DNA of 64,000 nucleotides from Lama guanicoe. Its lineage: Eukaryota. Numbering within the stretch: position 1 is the stretch's first letter; every line of letters begins with the position of its first letter. Under the pieces are notes generated by a model. The model was not told the DNA's origin, did not search any database, and saw only the letters and a program-made list of their open reading frames with translations. Made by a program: the position numbers and the translations under genes. The stretch is taken from the NCBI GenBank assembly GCA_013239625.1, contig MU053934.1, positions 4,978,399 to 5,042,398 of the forward strand, read 5' to 3'. Shown piece by piece: positions 36,210 through 48,720 of this stretch.

Positions 36210-36359
36210 TTTTTTAAATTATTATTTATTTTTATTTATTTGTTTATTTGCGGGAAGGAGGTAATTAGGCTTTTTTTTTTTAATGGAGGTACTGGGGATT
36301 CAACGCAGGACCTTGTGCATGCTGGGCATGCACTCTACCACTGAGCTCTACCCTCCCCC
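36210..36359 (-). mobile_element. tRNA-derived SINE (Vic-1 type) with 13-bp TSD
   Basis: Minus strand GGGGAGGGTAGAGCTCAGTGGTAGAGTGCATGCCCAGCATGCACAAGGTCCTGCGTTGAATCCCCAGTACCTCC plus an A-rich tail. TSD TTGTTTAAATTTA at 36197-36209 and 36362-36374. Confidence 0.9.
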
Positions 36360-36469
36360 TCTTGTTTAAATTTAAACTGGTCAAATGAGCTTATTGAGCA
36401 TTTGTGAGCTTAAATTTAGGCCTCCATTCTCAGGTGCAGGGCTGGTGTCCGTATCAGCCCTACTAAGGC

Positions 36470-36735
36470 AGTAAGCAGAGTAGGTGAGGGCTAAGTCTCA
36501 GAAGCCAGACAGCCCGGACTGGAATTTCAGCTCTCCCATCTCCCAGCTTGCAGCCCAGGTAAATTTCTCTCCATCCCATGCCTCCATCTCCTCACCTGTA
36601 AAATGGGAATAACGTAACTAAAATGAACCCACATGGGTTTGCTATGAAGACCAAGTGAAATAATACGTGGTAAAGCACTTAGAACAAGGCCTGGTTCAGA
36701 GTAAGCCCTCAACACATGTGAGTTATTTGTAACAG
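36470..36735 (+). mobile_element. Near full-length MIR
   Basis: agccagacagcccggactggaatttcagctct...cctcacctgtaaaatgggaataac...gtaaagcacttagaacaaggcctggttcagagtaagccctcaacacatgt. Confidence 0.8.
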
Positions 36736-37219
36736 TAACTTGAAGTGGGCTCACATGTCCCAACAGGAAGCTATTAAGTTCTGTTTTGTTTTTGACTTGA
36801 ATCTTTGTAGCACTTTAATCTTACTTCTTCTTCTTTTGTGTACCTGCAGAAGGAAGATGTTTAGCCATCCTTGGAGTGTAATCTTTCCTTTCATTAAAAA
36901 CCATTATTGTCTCTTCAAGCTTCTGTTCTGCAGTAAATGATCCAGATTACTTAATTGTTCTGTTTTACATGCCTTAATCATTTATTTGAACTTCTCAACC
37001 ATCTCCAGATTTAGTACACACAGAAATATTGTCTAGGAAAATTTAGTTTTGAAATCCCTTATCATCTGCAGTCCATTAGCTCAAATGTTTAAAACCATTG
37101 TTCATAAGATCAAAGTTAAGTCCTTTACCACATGTGTCAGTTGGCTTCATTCTGTTATACTGCCAGTCACCTAACTCTCAAATGCATAGTTCAGCACAAG
37201 CCAAATCAGATGAGACCAT

Positions 37220-37980
37220 AGGTCATTCACTCATTCATCAAATATTTATTGAGGGCCTACTATGTACCAGACGCTGTGCTCTGCTCTAAGATTACAAATA
37301 AGACACTTCCTGCTTGGACGAGCTTACAGCTTGGGAGGGAAGACACAGAAGTAAAAGAAGTATGGCAAAAGTCTTGCATGAGATGCTGTCCTTGAAGTGA
37401 GCCAGTGCCGGGATAACCTTGGGGAGAAGGGAGGGAGAATTCAGCACCTTGGTGGGTCTAAGAGGGCTGCGCGGAGGAGGAGACTTTGGAGCTATATTAA
37501 AGGATGGCAAGGATTGACAGGAAAAGAGGAGAGTATTCAAGGAAGAAGAAACCGTTAGTTTCCATGGTGCTGGTGTGACAGGGGCCAGGATCTAGGAAGA
37601 ATGCTGAGACACAAGGCTGCCTGGGTCAGCTGGGGCCAGGCCCGCAGCAATCAGCCCAAGAAGCCTGAGCTCCGTCCTGCAGGCCTGGGGAGCCGGGGAG
37701 AGAGGGGTGATTTACACGAGTCACCCTAGGAGCCATGAAAAGGGGAGACTGGAGGCATCTGAGCCTAGAGTCAGAGAGGAAAAACAGGTGGCTGAGTAGT
37801 GGACAGATTATAAAGCCTGCACTGAGGAGAGGGTGAAGGAAAGAGGGAGTCAATTTTAGGCATATTTAAAGGGTAGGGTTTAGAGACCCAGTAGGGAGGG
37901 GTGCCAGATTTGGGAAATACGAAGAAAAGAGAGGGAGGAGTCCAGAAGGAATTCCAGGTTTCCAGTGTGGACCACTGTGA
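37220..37980 (-). mobile_element. L2 fragments
   Basis: cattcactcattcatcaaatatttattgagggcctactatgtaccagacgctgtgct, followed by further decayed L2 to ggaattccaggtttccag. Confidence 0.65.
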
Positions 37981-38289
37981 GGGCCACAGGGCCATACAGT
38001 ACCATAATGGAGCAAATACAAGTTGGCGCAAATCCTTGTCCTAGAAATGCTTCTCGAAGTCTTGTTGAAGGTCAGTAGGGAATGTCAATGTCATGTGCAA
38101 AGAGCAGTGAATATATTCCCTGATAGTTAACCTTTTTAAAAATACCCCTTGATATATGTGACTTGCATGAGCTAAGATAGTATTCATGGAAGAGTCTTAA
38201 TTTTTCATTTTCTGGAAATTAATTTTCCCAGATACAGTAAGATGTTAGCATTTTTTCAGTTATCTGTGCCTGACATGATAGGTACCTAC

Positions 38290-38450
38290 TTATTTGTTTG
38301 CTTATTTAATTATCTGTCTCCCCTGCTGGAAGACAAGCTCCATGAGGCCAAGGACTTTGCCTCTTGTGTTCACATCTGCAGCCCAGCACCTAGAACAGTG
38401 TCTGCCTCATGGTAGGTGCTCAGTAAATGTTTGTTGAGTCAATGAATGAA
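38290..38450 (+). mobile_element. L2 3' end
   Basis: cccagcacctagaacagtgtctgcctcatggtaggtgctcagtaaatgtttgttgagtcaatgaatgaa. Confidence 0.8.
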
Positions 38451-40549
38451 TTTCCACTCAGGTGAGAAAGAAATAATCACATCCTTTACTAATGAGGAAA
38501 GAAAAGAAAAAAACCTGGATATAGAACAATTTTTCATGAACAGATCCAATTTGCAAAGATGGAACTGATGTTTAAAAGCTATTTTTCCTCTTGAAGCTCT
38601 ACTTCTGGGAAAATCACAGCTGCCAGCCTAGATGGCGGCTTTAACTGCCCAGTTACAAATTCTGCACAGCGGGACATATGGGCAGAGCTCAGCTTCCTTA
38701 AATGCTGTTGGTTCAGTAAGGAAATGGGGATCTTCCTTATTGACTTAATGCCAGTTTCTCTTTTGTGAAAAACCCTGTGTGTTGTTCAGCGGAACATGGA
38801 CAATAAAACCAGAAATCTCGGGGCCAGAAATTAAGTCTCCCATGCTCCTCTCTGATCAGGTGATGTTAAACCATTTCTACTTTCAGGCTGGAGTGTTTAA
38901 TCATTTTCCCCTTTAAATTTAGCAGAGTGATTATTCCTCCCGGTGGATTGCACATATGCTCCTTTCGATCTGTGAAATAGCTCATTCCTGGATGAACTTT
39001 AAGTTCCTAAGTAACGCATGTAAAATACTGTTTATGAATCGTAGGAGAAATAGTCCACAGTCTCATTACACCAAAAGGGGTACACCAAACCAGTCTCTCA
39101 GAGGGTCCTTTTTTTTCCAAGACGAGGGAAAAAACTTCAACCCACAGCACTATGATAACAGTGATAGTAATCATACTTCCCGTGGGTTTTACTCAGTCGT
39201 CTCATAGAGGCTACAGTGTAGGAAACCCATCTTTGGCAAGCATTTTCTGTGAGCTGGATCCCACACTTGGTCCATACGCTACAAAGAGGAATGAGACTTG
39301 GGGCTTACAAATTAGCTGGGGCTTCAAGACAGAAACCGCAAAGTAAAATTAATAGATGCTAGTGAACGACATGGCCAGTAAGCGCTATACAGGATTCTGA
39401 AAAGGACAGGGTAATGGAAAGGACAGGGTCAGAGAAAGACTGTGTTCCTAGAGGAGACGGACTCAAATCTGAGGTGGACCTGTGGTGGGGGCTGGAGTGA
39501 GATGGGGCAGAGCGGTGGGGACAGTCATGGACGCCACTGCTAGGGGTCCCACCTGGCTGAGGTGGAGGCTGCAGCTGGTAAGTTAGGGACTTGAATGCCA
39601 CTCTCAGAATTTGGGGCTTGATTCTATAAGTAAAGTGGAATCGTTGAGAGGTTTTGAGCAGAAAAGATGTGAGCCAAGCAATGCTTTACAGAAACTAAAT
39701 CAAACAGAGATTCATGCTATGAATTTAATCGGAGGTCTTCAGAACTGAGATAATGAGGCCATGACCCCGGCTGGGGACCCAGTAGGACATCTCCATCAGG
39801 CAGTACATTCCTGTGAATGCCTCTGAGGGGCTTCTATGAAACTGCATTCAGTGTGCCTAGCTGTCTCCGTCCTGCAGGACAGTGATGCTGTGACGCTGCA
39901 TGCTGCTCGGAAGTAGCCTCGTTCCTTTAAAATCCCCACGGTTTGTATGTGACAGGCCCAGGTGTGGTCCATCTGCAAACCTCACAGAGTCTAGGCACCT
40001 CAGAATATAAAACCTGGTAGGAATCTCAGAGCCCACAAAGCCCACGCCTCAGTTTACCCATCCAGAGGCTGGCCCTTGCTCAGTTTCACGCAGCTTGTCT
40101 GTCAATGTCAGGGTCAGGGCATGACCAGCTCTCCCTTCTGCACGCCAGCAAAGCCTCGAAGCTGGTCTAAATTCTTCTTTGAGATGGGTGTGAGCACATT
40201 CTGGCAAAATCCAGAAGAATCGGGGCCCTAACTGAGAGAGTTGGAACTCCTTTCCTCGACTCCTCCCAGAACCCCCACCTAGATCCAGTCCCTGCCTGAG
40301 CCCCCTCTTCATTCTTGCAGCTCTCTGCCTCGATGCCCTCTCTCAACACCCTCCAGCTTCTAGTCCTCCACCCACACCTGTTGTTTCTAGGGTCCTGCCA
40401 TCGATCTTGCTGGCCTCTCTGTCCAGAACCCTTTACCACCCCAGCTTAGGCCTCGCCATCTTTAGGAGACCCCCATGGCCTCAGCTCCTCCCCTCGGTGG
40501 ATAAGGTCTCCCTCCCTGCAGCTCTGTGCTACCCCACCCAGGGCTCTAT

Positions 40550-40720
40550 CCCCGTGTTTCCTAGATGTCTTATAATTGCCTGTTGTGTGCCTGTCTCCCG
40601 CCCTTCAGCTGTGAGCTCCCTGAGGGCAGGGACCATGAGTACGCATCACTGAACACCCAGCATCTAGCCCAGTGCCTGGCTCATATGAGGCATTCAAATG
40701 TCGGATGAATGAATGAATGG
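40550..40720 (+). mobile_element. L2 3' end
   Basis: ctgtgagctccctgagggcagggacc...cccagcatctagcccagtgcctggctcatatgaggcattcaaatg...gaatgaatg. Confidence 0.75.
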
Positions 40721-43599
40721 CATTTGCCTTCTTGGTGCATTCATTCAGTTAGTAAATATTTATTGAGCAACTACTTATGATCAGTATTGTGGTATTCACA
40801 CTTACATATCAAAAGATACCAATGCACTCAAGCTCCAAATTATACATGCATAAGTTACACATAGGGCATGTTCACATGCACATGGGGCAGAGACTGTGTA
40901 CATCTACAAACACCAGAGCTAGCAAAAGCAGTCAACTGTGTGCCAGATGTCCCTGAAATTTGCAAAGAACTGAGAACCAAAAATGACAGTTAGCTCCATA
41001 AGCCCTATAAAAGAAAAAAAAGAAAAAAGAAAAAAACGCTAAAGAACAAAAGAACCTTGAGCAGAAGGAAGTAGCTATGGTTTTGTTTTTTTTTTAATGC
41101 ACTCGAGCTGGGGGTGGGGAAGATTTATAAAAGCACGCTATGCTGGGAAGATTCGTGTAAGCCTGAGTTCCTCAAGGGTTGGCTTTAGGAGCTGTTAGGA
41201 AAATTCATTGCCATGCACGAGTCAGGGGATTGTTTTTTATTCCACTGGAAATTGTTAACGGGGACTGCATTAGCGGCTCCTTATCGCTTTGTCTGATAGA
41301 GAGACAGCAGGTTCTGGAACCCTGATCACTGCCAATTAGGGGAGCATTGTCTGGCTGACATAATCAAGTGAGTATAAATATGTTTATCGTGATTGGAATG
41401 GGGAAGGGAGAGAGCAGAAAGACTGAGGCAGAAGCTGCCACCCTTGACTGGCTCCAGCCTGGAGGAAACTTGGCCTGTCTGTCACCTGGTGCTCAGTGGA
41501 AGCGGTCACCGGCTTCTGGGGTTGAATGGGCAATTGAGAATTCAGGATTAGATTTCTTTTCCCAGAAGGGGCCCTGTCTCTCCTTATTTTTCCTCCTCAC
41601 TTCTTCCCTTTTTTCACAATCACTTCTGTGAACACTGCAGAGGGAGGGGAAACCAGATGCCGTTGATCACATTTTAGTTCTGCCCTATCAGCCGGCTGTG
41701 CTACCCCCACCCAGCTTATCTGCAGCTCCGAGTGATCTCGGGAACAGTTGCCGTGACCCTCTCTGCCTGCCTGGGTGTGCGAGTCCATTGGCATTGGGTT
41801 TATTTCATTGTTGACTCTTGGAACTTTTGTGGGGATATCTGTGATGTGTCTTGGAGCTCGGGTGGAAAAGACCCTGATAAAAATAGTCCCCAGCAGTGGA
41901 CTAGATGCAGGAGGAATGTCTCACATTTACATAGCTAAAAAGGGAAGCACATTGAAGTCACATCTGGTGGTGATCTTGTTGTCTGACTGGAGAGCAGGGT
42001 CTATGTAAGCATCTGCACAGATTTCAAAACACGGGCTGTTCACCTGCAGACCAATGGCTGGGGTCTGGTACCAATGGCCAAACTGCATCATTAAGTGGCA
42101 GGTCAATTGCAAAACTGATCTCTCGGCTGGATTTCAACTCTGGTCAGTGCAGAGCAGTCAAACCCGGGACTTTCCCCCCTCACCCTTGACTGTTTGATAA
42201 CAGCATTTACAGGACTGAATTGATTTCAGCGATTTCCTCAGCCTTCATCAAGTGTTTGCTGCTGTCTTGGCACTTGAAGGCTGAAAACCCTTTCCAATGG
42301 CTCCAGCGGAGTAAGGACCCCTCTTCCCTCTGTCCTGTCCCCTTCAGTTTGTCTTCACAACTGCAAATTGCTCTCAGCCTGTCTTCTTGAATTTGACAGC
42401 AACTCTTTTATTACTGGTAGCATACATATCATATTTGGTGATAAAAGGGAAAGTGTAGATGCACAAAATAAATAAGGAACCCATGTAGGAGAAATGGCAT
42501 TTTATAGAGCTCACTCAGCCTTTAGGCATCTGACCACCCTTATTCAAACTATTCCTGCTAAATTTTTCCTTTTTCCCCTGCTCAGGAATTGTCAAGGCCA
42601 AACTCTTCAGTCAGCTACCAGAAATATCTATTTCCTTTTGCTTTCCAGATCTTAATGGAGGAAATACTTCTTTTTTTCTGACTTCTGCTTCTTGCCAGAT
42701 GTATTATTTTTTGAGAACGTGAGCTCATTTATCTCCAAGGGAGAACTACAGTCATTCCATATTTACCCGTTAACAAATTACCACTTACAGTGAAAATACA
42801 GAGGAACTCTCTCACTCTGTGTATAAATGGGTTATTCTCACTGGCAGAAACTTGGTTGATGGACAGCCACTGTTCCGTTCAAGTTGGCTTCATTTTCTCT
42901 CATTGGTTTGAAGCAAAGAGATTCTTGGCTCTGTCTTTGAGTCTGCTTTTGAGGAAGGTGCCTATCTCCTCTGGATCTGTTGGTTTTGTGAGTTGGTTCA
43001 ATTAACCGCTTAGCATTTATTGAAGAACCTATTGCATTAGGTTCTGCGGGTTCATCTGAAATCCTCCCTGCTTGAAAGTTGGATGAGTCACTTATCTGAA
43101 TGCTGACTCTCTTCTAATCCATTGGTTTTCTGCTGTTTAGATGAGGCCATGATATTGCCATCTGCCAAGAGATAGTGCGATGTCATAAACTTGAGCCTGA
43201 GTTCTGCAGTCAATGAGACCGAGGTCATATAGCAGTGCAACCTTAGACATGTTGTTTCTTCTGAGCCACACATTCCTTGTTATAGATGCTGATGGGAACA
43301 ACGCAGCAGTCTATTTTTCTTTGCTGTTCTCTGTAATGATACAATCGCCAAACAGACAGAAAAGAGCCTGGTCTAACTGCATAATGTTGGTGCAAATGAC
43401 AAATGGCTGTGAGAAAGTATTTTTGACCTGAGCGCTTAGGTGGCACTTGGTGCAATGTCTGATGCACGTCATTTAGTTACAGGGATGAACACCTCTTGAA
43501 CACACACAAAACTCCTGACCTAGTTGGGACATTACATCTTACATCATGTTGACTCTGTATTCAGAGTACTTCTTCGGAGGAAGTGATAAAAGAGAAGAT

Positions 43600-43770
43600 A
43601 GAAGTCCAGTTAATAGTACTGTACCAATGTCAGTTTCCTGGTTCTGATACTACACTACAGTGATATCTTTATCACTCTTGGAGGAAGCAGGATGAAGAAT
43701 ACAGGGGAACTCTCTGTACTATTTTTGCAATTTCCTGTGAGTCTATAATTATTTCAAAATAAAAAGTTCA
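43600..43770 (+). mobile_element. L1 (L1MC/MD-like) 3' terminal fragment
   Basis: tgtaccaatgtcagtttcctggtt...gggaactctctgtactatttttgcaatttcctgtgagtctataattatttcaaaataaaaagtt. Confidence 0.7.
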
Positions 43771-44439
43771 ATGAGAGAGCGAAAGAGAATGGGGAGGCAA
43801 TTAGGAGAAATGAATGCTAATCTTGGTTTTGGTCCCCGGCTGGACAAGTATTTATATTTTGTTTACCTCTTCCTCCCCTTTTCACTTACAGATTTTGTGA
43901 GCAGTCAGATATAAAAGCTAGGGTTCATTTCTCTATAGAAGAGAAGAAAGAAGTAAAATGAGCCAGGAGAACCCGACCAACATCGGGTTAGAGGGCTACT
44001 GCCTGCCCCTCCCCACACCCTTTACCTACAGACTTACCCTCCACATCCACACTCACCTTGTCCTCCTCCCCTCCCGATCGAGGGGAGATACCCCACCTGC
44101 TGCTTCCAGCGACCTCCTTCACCTGCACAAGGCATCCATGCCTTCCTGCTGTTTCCAAAGGCTCAATCCTTCTACATAATCTCCCCGTGTGATTTCTTCT
44201 TACCTGGGGTTTTAACAACCATCTAGATGAGAATAGCTCCCAACTTTGTGGGTTCACTCAGCCCTCTTTGCTGAGATCCACACCTACAGCTTCAACCCCT
44301 GACTGCGAATCTCTACCTAGAGGTTTCACATTTTAAACTCCTTCCAAATGATCTTTTCTTCCTATATTCTCTTACCTCCAAAAATGTTATCGCCATCTGC
44401 CATATTGCTCATGGCAGAAAATGAAAGTCATTCTAAACC

Positions 44440-44735
44440 CATGCTGACCAATATTGGCAGCCACCAGCCACATGAGCTACAAAGTACTTCAGATATGGCT
44501 GGTCCAAATGCAGGTGCACTGTGAGTATAAAATACACACCAGACTTAGGTTAGGAAAAAAACACAGAATAACTTTGCTATTTTATACCATTTCATGTTGA
44601 AATGAGAATATTTTGGATATATTGGGTTAAATAAGACAAATTATTGAAAATAATTTCCTTTTACTTTTTAATGTGCTAGAATATTTTAAATTACATACGT
44701 GGCTTGCATTACATTTCTATAGAACAGTGCTGTTC
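44440..44735. mobile_element. MER33/MER3-like hAT-Charlie element
   Basis: gcagccaccagccacatgagcta...gtataaaatacacaccagactt...ttggatatattgggttaaataa...aaattacatacgtggcttgcattacatttctatagaacagtgctg. Confidence 0.75.
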
Positions 44736-46689
44736 TAGGTTCTTCTCTGCCTTTTAGCCACTCCTAATTGGTCAGAAAGTTACAGTGATTCTCTTGAGTT
44801 AAGACAAAGGACAATGTTAGAGATTTTGATACATGTGAACCTGGGCAATTATTTAACCTTTTTGAGCCTCTGTTTCCTTATTTCCTTATTCCTCTATATC
44901 CTTATATGGATATAATAGTAGTTCTTACTCCTTAGTTTCTTGCAATTGCTGAGTGAGATAATACGTGTAAAGCACTTACTATGGCATGTGCAAAGGCCCA
45001 GCTCCAAGAGAAAGAGCATGGCCTCTCACTGTCATATTTCAGGCCCTTATCATTTCTGACCAAGACTCCTGCAAAGAGTTTCTCCATCTCCAGTTGACCA
45101 TGCCCGCTGAGCCTTTGTTCTGCCACCAGAGTAAACACTTCCTAAAGCAAATGTTATCAAAATGTTTAGTGAATCACTATAGCCCTTGGGATAAAGCCCA
45201 CCATTCTTGGAATGCTCTGGCAGGCCCTCCACGTCCTACCCACTGCACCCTGAAATGCCAACCCCATCTGGCCAGTCCGCAATGGCCACAATGAACCAGC
45301 TAGGCTCCCTAGCTCCTATTTGCACGTACGACTCTGTCTGTCATGTATGTGCCCTCTGCCTGTCCACAAGGCTCAGTTCAATTGTCACCTCATTTGGGAA
45401 GCATGCCTTGGTCCCTCCTGTGCCTGTACCCATCCTGGGCTGGACTCCTTTGGGCTCCTCAGCCACTTTGACAACATTATCACACTTGCTCTCACTTGTT
45501 TGGTCAACTGGTCTGTGTGTCCTACAAGACTGGAAGCCACCTAAGGCCATCAGGAGCTCCCTAGTCACCTCTGCATCTCTATGCTGAGCACAATCCCAGG
45601 CACAAAGTGGGGCCTAGAAAATGCTTAAATTGAGTGAATGCTTGAAGTCTAGGAGAGACTCCTGAGAAATAAGAAGAGAGAGAGCCCAGTGAGGTCAGGC
45701 AGCAGGGAATCTGAAGACGAGCCCAAGGAGAAATTGCCCTTCTTGGGCTCTCAGACAGAGTTAAGAGAGAGAAGAAAGAATCTGGGCAAGGAGTCAGCAA
45801 TGGAGGATTCGAAATAAAAGACTATAAAAAAGAGAAGTTCATGACAACACAGAACCACGTTTGGTACTGTTGGTGGTTTAGTGACTTCCTCTGTGATGAT
45901 TCTGGGACGAGACAAGGCTCTAGGAAGGCACAAATCATATAAAGAAAGGCTGAGGTACCAGCCACCCATTCAAGGATTATTTGTCATCGGGACCAGATAC
46001 ACAGTGATGCAAGTAAATGTCAGCCTGGTGACTGCATGATGGGACTACTAATCGTTACTGGGGCTGATGCCCAGGAATTTTTTTTTTACCTTGGTGCAAA
46101 TGCCAAGCATGGAAAATTTTGACAACTTATAGATACGAGAAAGCAGATAGTGAATCTGAAAATAACGATGTGAAATGCCAGCATAATCACAAGAGAATTA
46201 TCAGACTGTGGAAGAAGGCTTAGAGGATTCCAGCTTTACCACAAATACAGATTACAAAATAATTCACTTACGAAAACAGAAATTCCAGCATGTAAAACCC
46301 ACTTCTCGAAACACGTAGTATTCCAGAATGCATAATGGTAAAGGCACAATATGAAAAGTAGCAAATAACACCAGAAAGATGAGAAAGTAGGAAGTATGAC
46401 GTTTTGTGGCTCACAGGATGTATGAATGAGAAAATACAGACTTCTACACACAAACGGTGACCTTCACAAGGACATCCTAAGGCTCCCTGCCAGGACCCCA
46501 GTTCTCACCCCACAGGATAACCCACTCTCCAATTTTCTTGTAAAGATCTCATGGGACAGGCATTGTGTGAGGTGCAGGGGCTGCGGGGAGAGTCGGGACA
46601 AGAGGGTAGAAAGATCAAATGATCCTTTGCTATCCTTCTTGACAATGAGCCAGTCTACCTCTTTGAGAGTCCCACGGAGAAGGTAAACA

Positions 46690-46776
46690 TTGGGGATATA
46701 CTTATGCTAGAAACTATTTGTTGTTTCTCTGAAATTCAAATTGAACTGAGTGCTCTGTGTTTTATCTGGAACCCCC
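46690..46776. mobile_element. MER53-like hAT half element
   Basis: gggatatacttatgctagaaactatttgttgtttctctgaaattcaaattgaactgagtgctctgtgttttatctggaacccc. Confidence 0.6.
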
Positions 46777-46884
46777 ACTTAGTGAGGTGTACATTTTCTC
46801 ATTCATACGTCCCTTGAGCCACAACATGTCTCAATAATCGAGGAGTATATGGAAAGCCACAATGGCCGGCAACGACGAAGTACA

Positions 46885-47100
46885 CCTACGATGTGCCGGG
46901 CTCCACGCTACATGGTTTGGGTGGATAGTTCACGTTTTTCCCAAGAACACTATAAGGCAGGCCCTATTATCATTCCTGCTTTAAATATGAGGAAACTGAG
47001 GCTCAGAGAAACTAAATAACTCACTCAGGGTCACCCAGACAGCCAGTGGTAGCCCCGGGATTTGAACTCTGGCAGTCTGACTCCAAAGCCCATGTGCTTT
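46885..47100 (-). mobile_element. MIR SINE
   Basis: atgaggaaactgaggctcagagaaactaaataactcactcagggtcacccag...gggatttgaactctggcagtctgactccaaagccc. Confidence 0.85.
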
Positions 47101-48529
47101 CCCACCTCACTTGGCGTGGTGGCTGTAGCAAGCAAGGGGTAAATGCACTGAGGACCCCAGAAGAGTAAGAGAGAGCGAGAGCACAGGGGCTGACCAGCCG
47201 GTCCCTGAGTAAGGCCTTGAAGGAGCAGTTGAAGTTAGACCAGGTGCTTTTATTTACATTTGAAAAGTGTGCCCTGAACTTTCAGCAGATACAGCTGCAC
47301 ACCAGGACTGGCAGCTTGATTAGGAGAATACCAGATGGATTTCAGTTGCCACAGAAGCCCCAGCCAGGGGCCCTTATACAGTGGACAACCTGCTCAACGG
47401 TACATAGCAGCCTGAGTTAGACGGCAGAAGGAGGACCAGTACAGAAGCAAGGATGCAGATGACGTGCTGAGAGGATGATGAGAAGCCATTTACTAAAGCA
47501 CCTTTGCGTGGGGTCGGTGGTATTCTGAAGCCAATTTAGAGAGATGAGTTGGGGAGAGATTGCTGGAGGCCTGAAATGACAACAAGAGAGTCTTGAGTGG
47601 ATCTGGGAGGTAGCGTGACAACATGACATTGACGAAATCTGAATGGAGAAATGACCCTCAGAAAGCATGTGCGTCAGAAGACTTCAACACACAGGAGTCT
47701 TTGCTCCATCAAGCAGGCAGCACAGGGTGGAGGGAGAACAGGGGGCCGATAGCTAATGTGACAGCAGCCTATTTAAGAGACACAACAAAAGGAAACTCAA
47801 CAGACTGGAAAAGAGGACAAGGAGTGGGGAACAGAAAACACAGAAGAGGCAAAGTGAGGGAGATGATGAATGGCTTCCACTTTGCGTTTCCGCAAGTACG
47901 TCCCTCAAGGAGGCAGGGACTCTGTTCTTTCTTTTCTTTTTTTGTGGAAAGGGCTACTGGACAGCGCAGTTTGCCTGCAGCAAGGCGTTTGGTTACATTT
48001 TTCATGATACCCTAGAGAACAAAATGAAGAAAGACAGATGGAGTGCTAACTACTTAACCTGGCGGGTTTGGAGTTGCTACGTGAGGAATATTGACGAACA
48101 GGTCAGTGGCAGCCTGGAGGGAGTCCTTAGGGCAGGAAACTGAGTTCAGAGAGAACCAATTTACTTGTGATCACACAACTGGTAAATGAAGGAGGCAGGA
48201 TTCAAACCCAACCCTGCCTGACTCCAAAGCCCATGCTCCATTTATTATGGAATAAAGACCGAAGCTGCATTAAGTTTGCTTAGGAAAAGAGACTTGAAAG
48301 AGAGAACCAGAGGGGCGGAACGCAAGCCCATGGCCAGACGAGCTGTGATGAACTGAAGAATCTGCCAACAGGGAGGACAAAAACAAGAGGAGAGTCAGAA
48401 GGATTAAACTTGAACTTCACGTTTTGGTTCCAGAAAAAATCCCCAGCAGAAGTGGGGAGGCCTGGCCTGGCTCCTCTTCACACTGGGAAACACTTGGGGT
48501 TTCGTCGTAGTGGTTGTTGTTCAACTCCC

Positions 48530-48720
48530 TAACAGCTAACAAGGTGACAATTACAAAGATCTACTGTGCGGGTAAAGTCGTCAAATAGTCCTATACTGCT
48601 CAGCATGGCTCAAACCACGTCTTGCACACTGGGTTTAACTCTAGGTAATACACTTTGAGAAGAACACTGAAAAACTGCAATTCAACCTGAAGAAAATGAT
48701 TAGGAGAAGGAGTCTGAGGC
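48530..48720 (+). mobile_element. L3/CR1 fragment
   Basis: tagtcctatactgctcagcatggctcaaaccacgtcttg...cactttgagaagaacactgaaaaactg. Confidence 0.5.
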
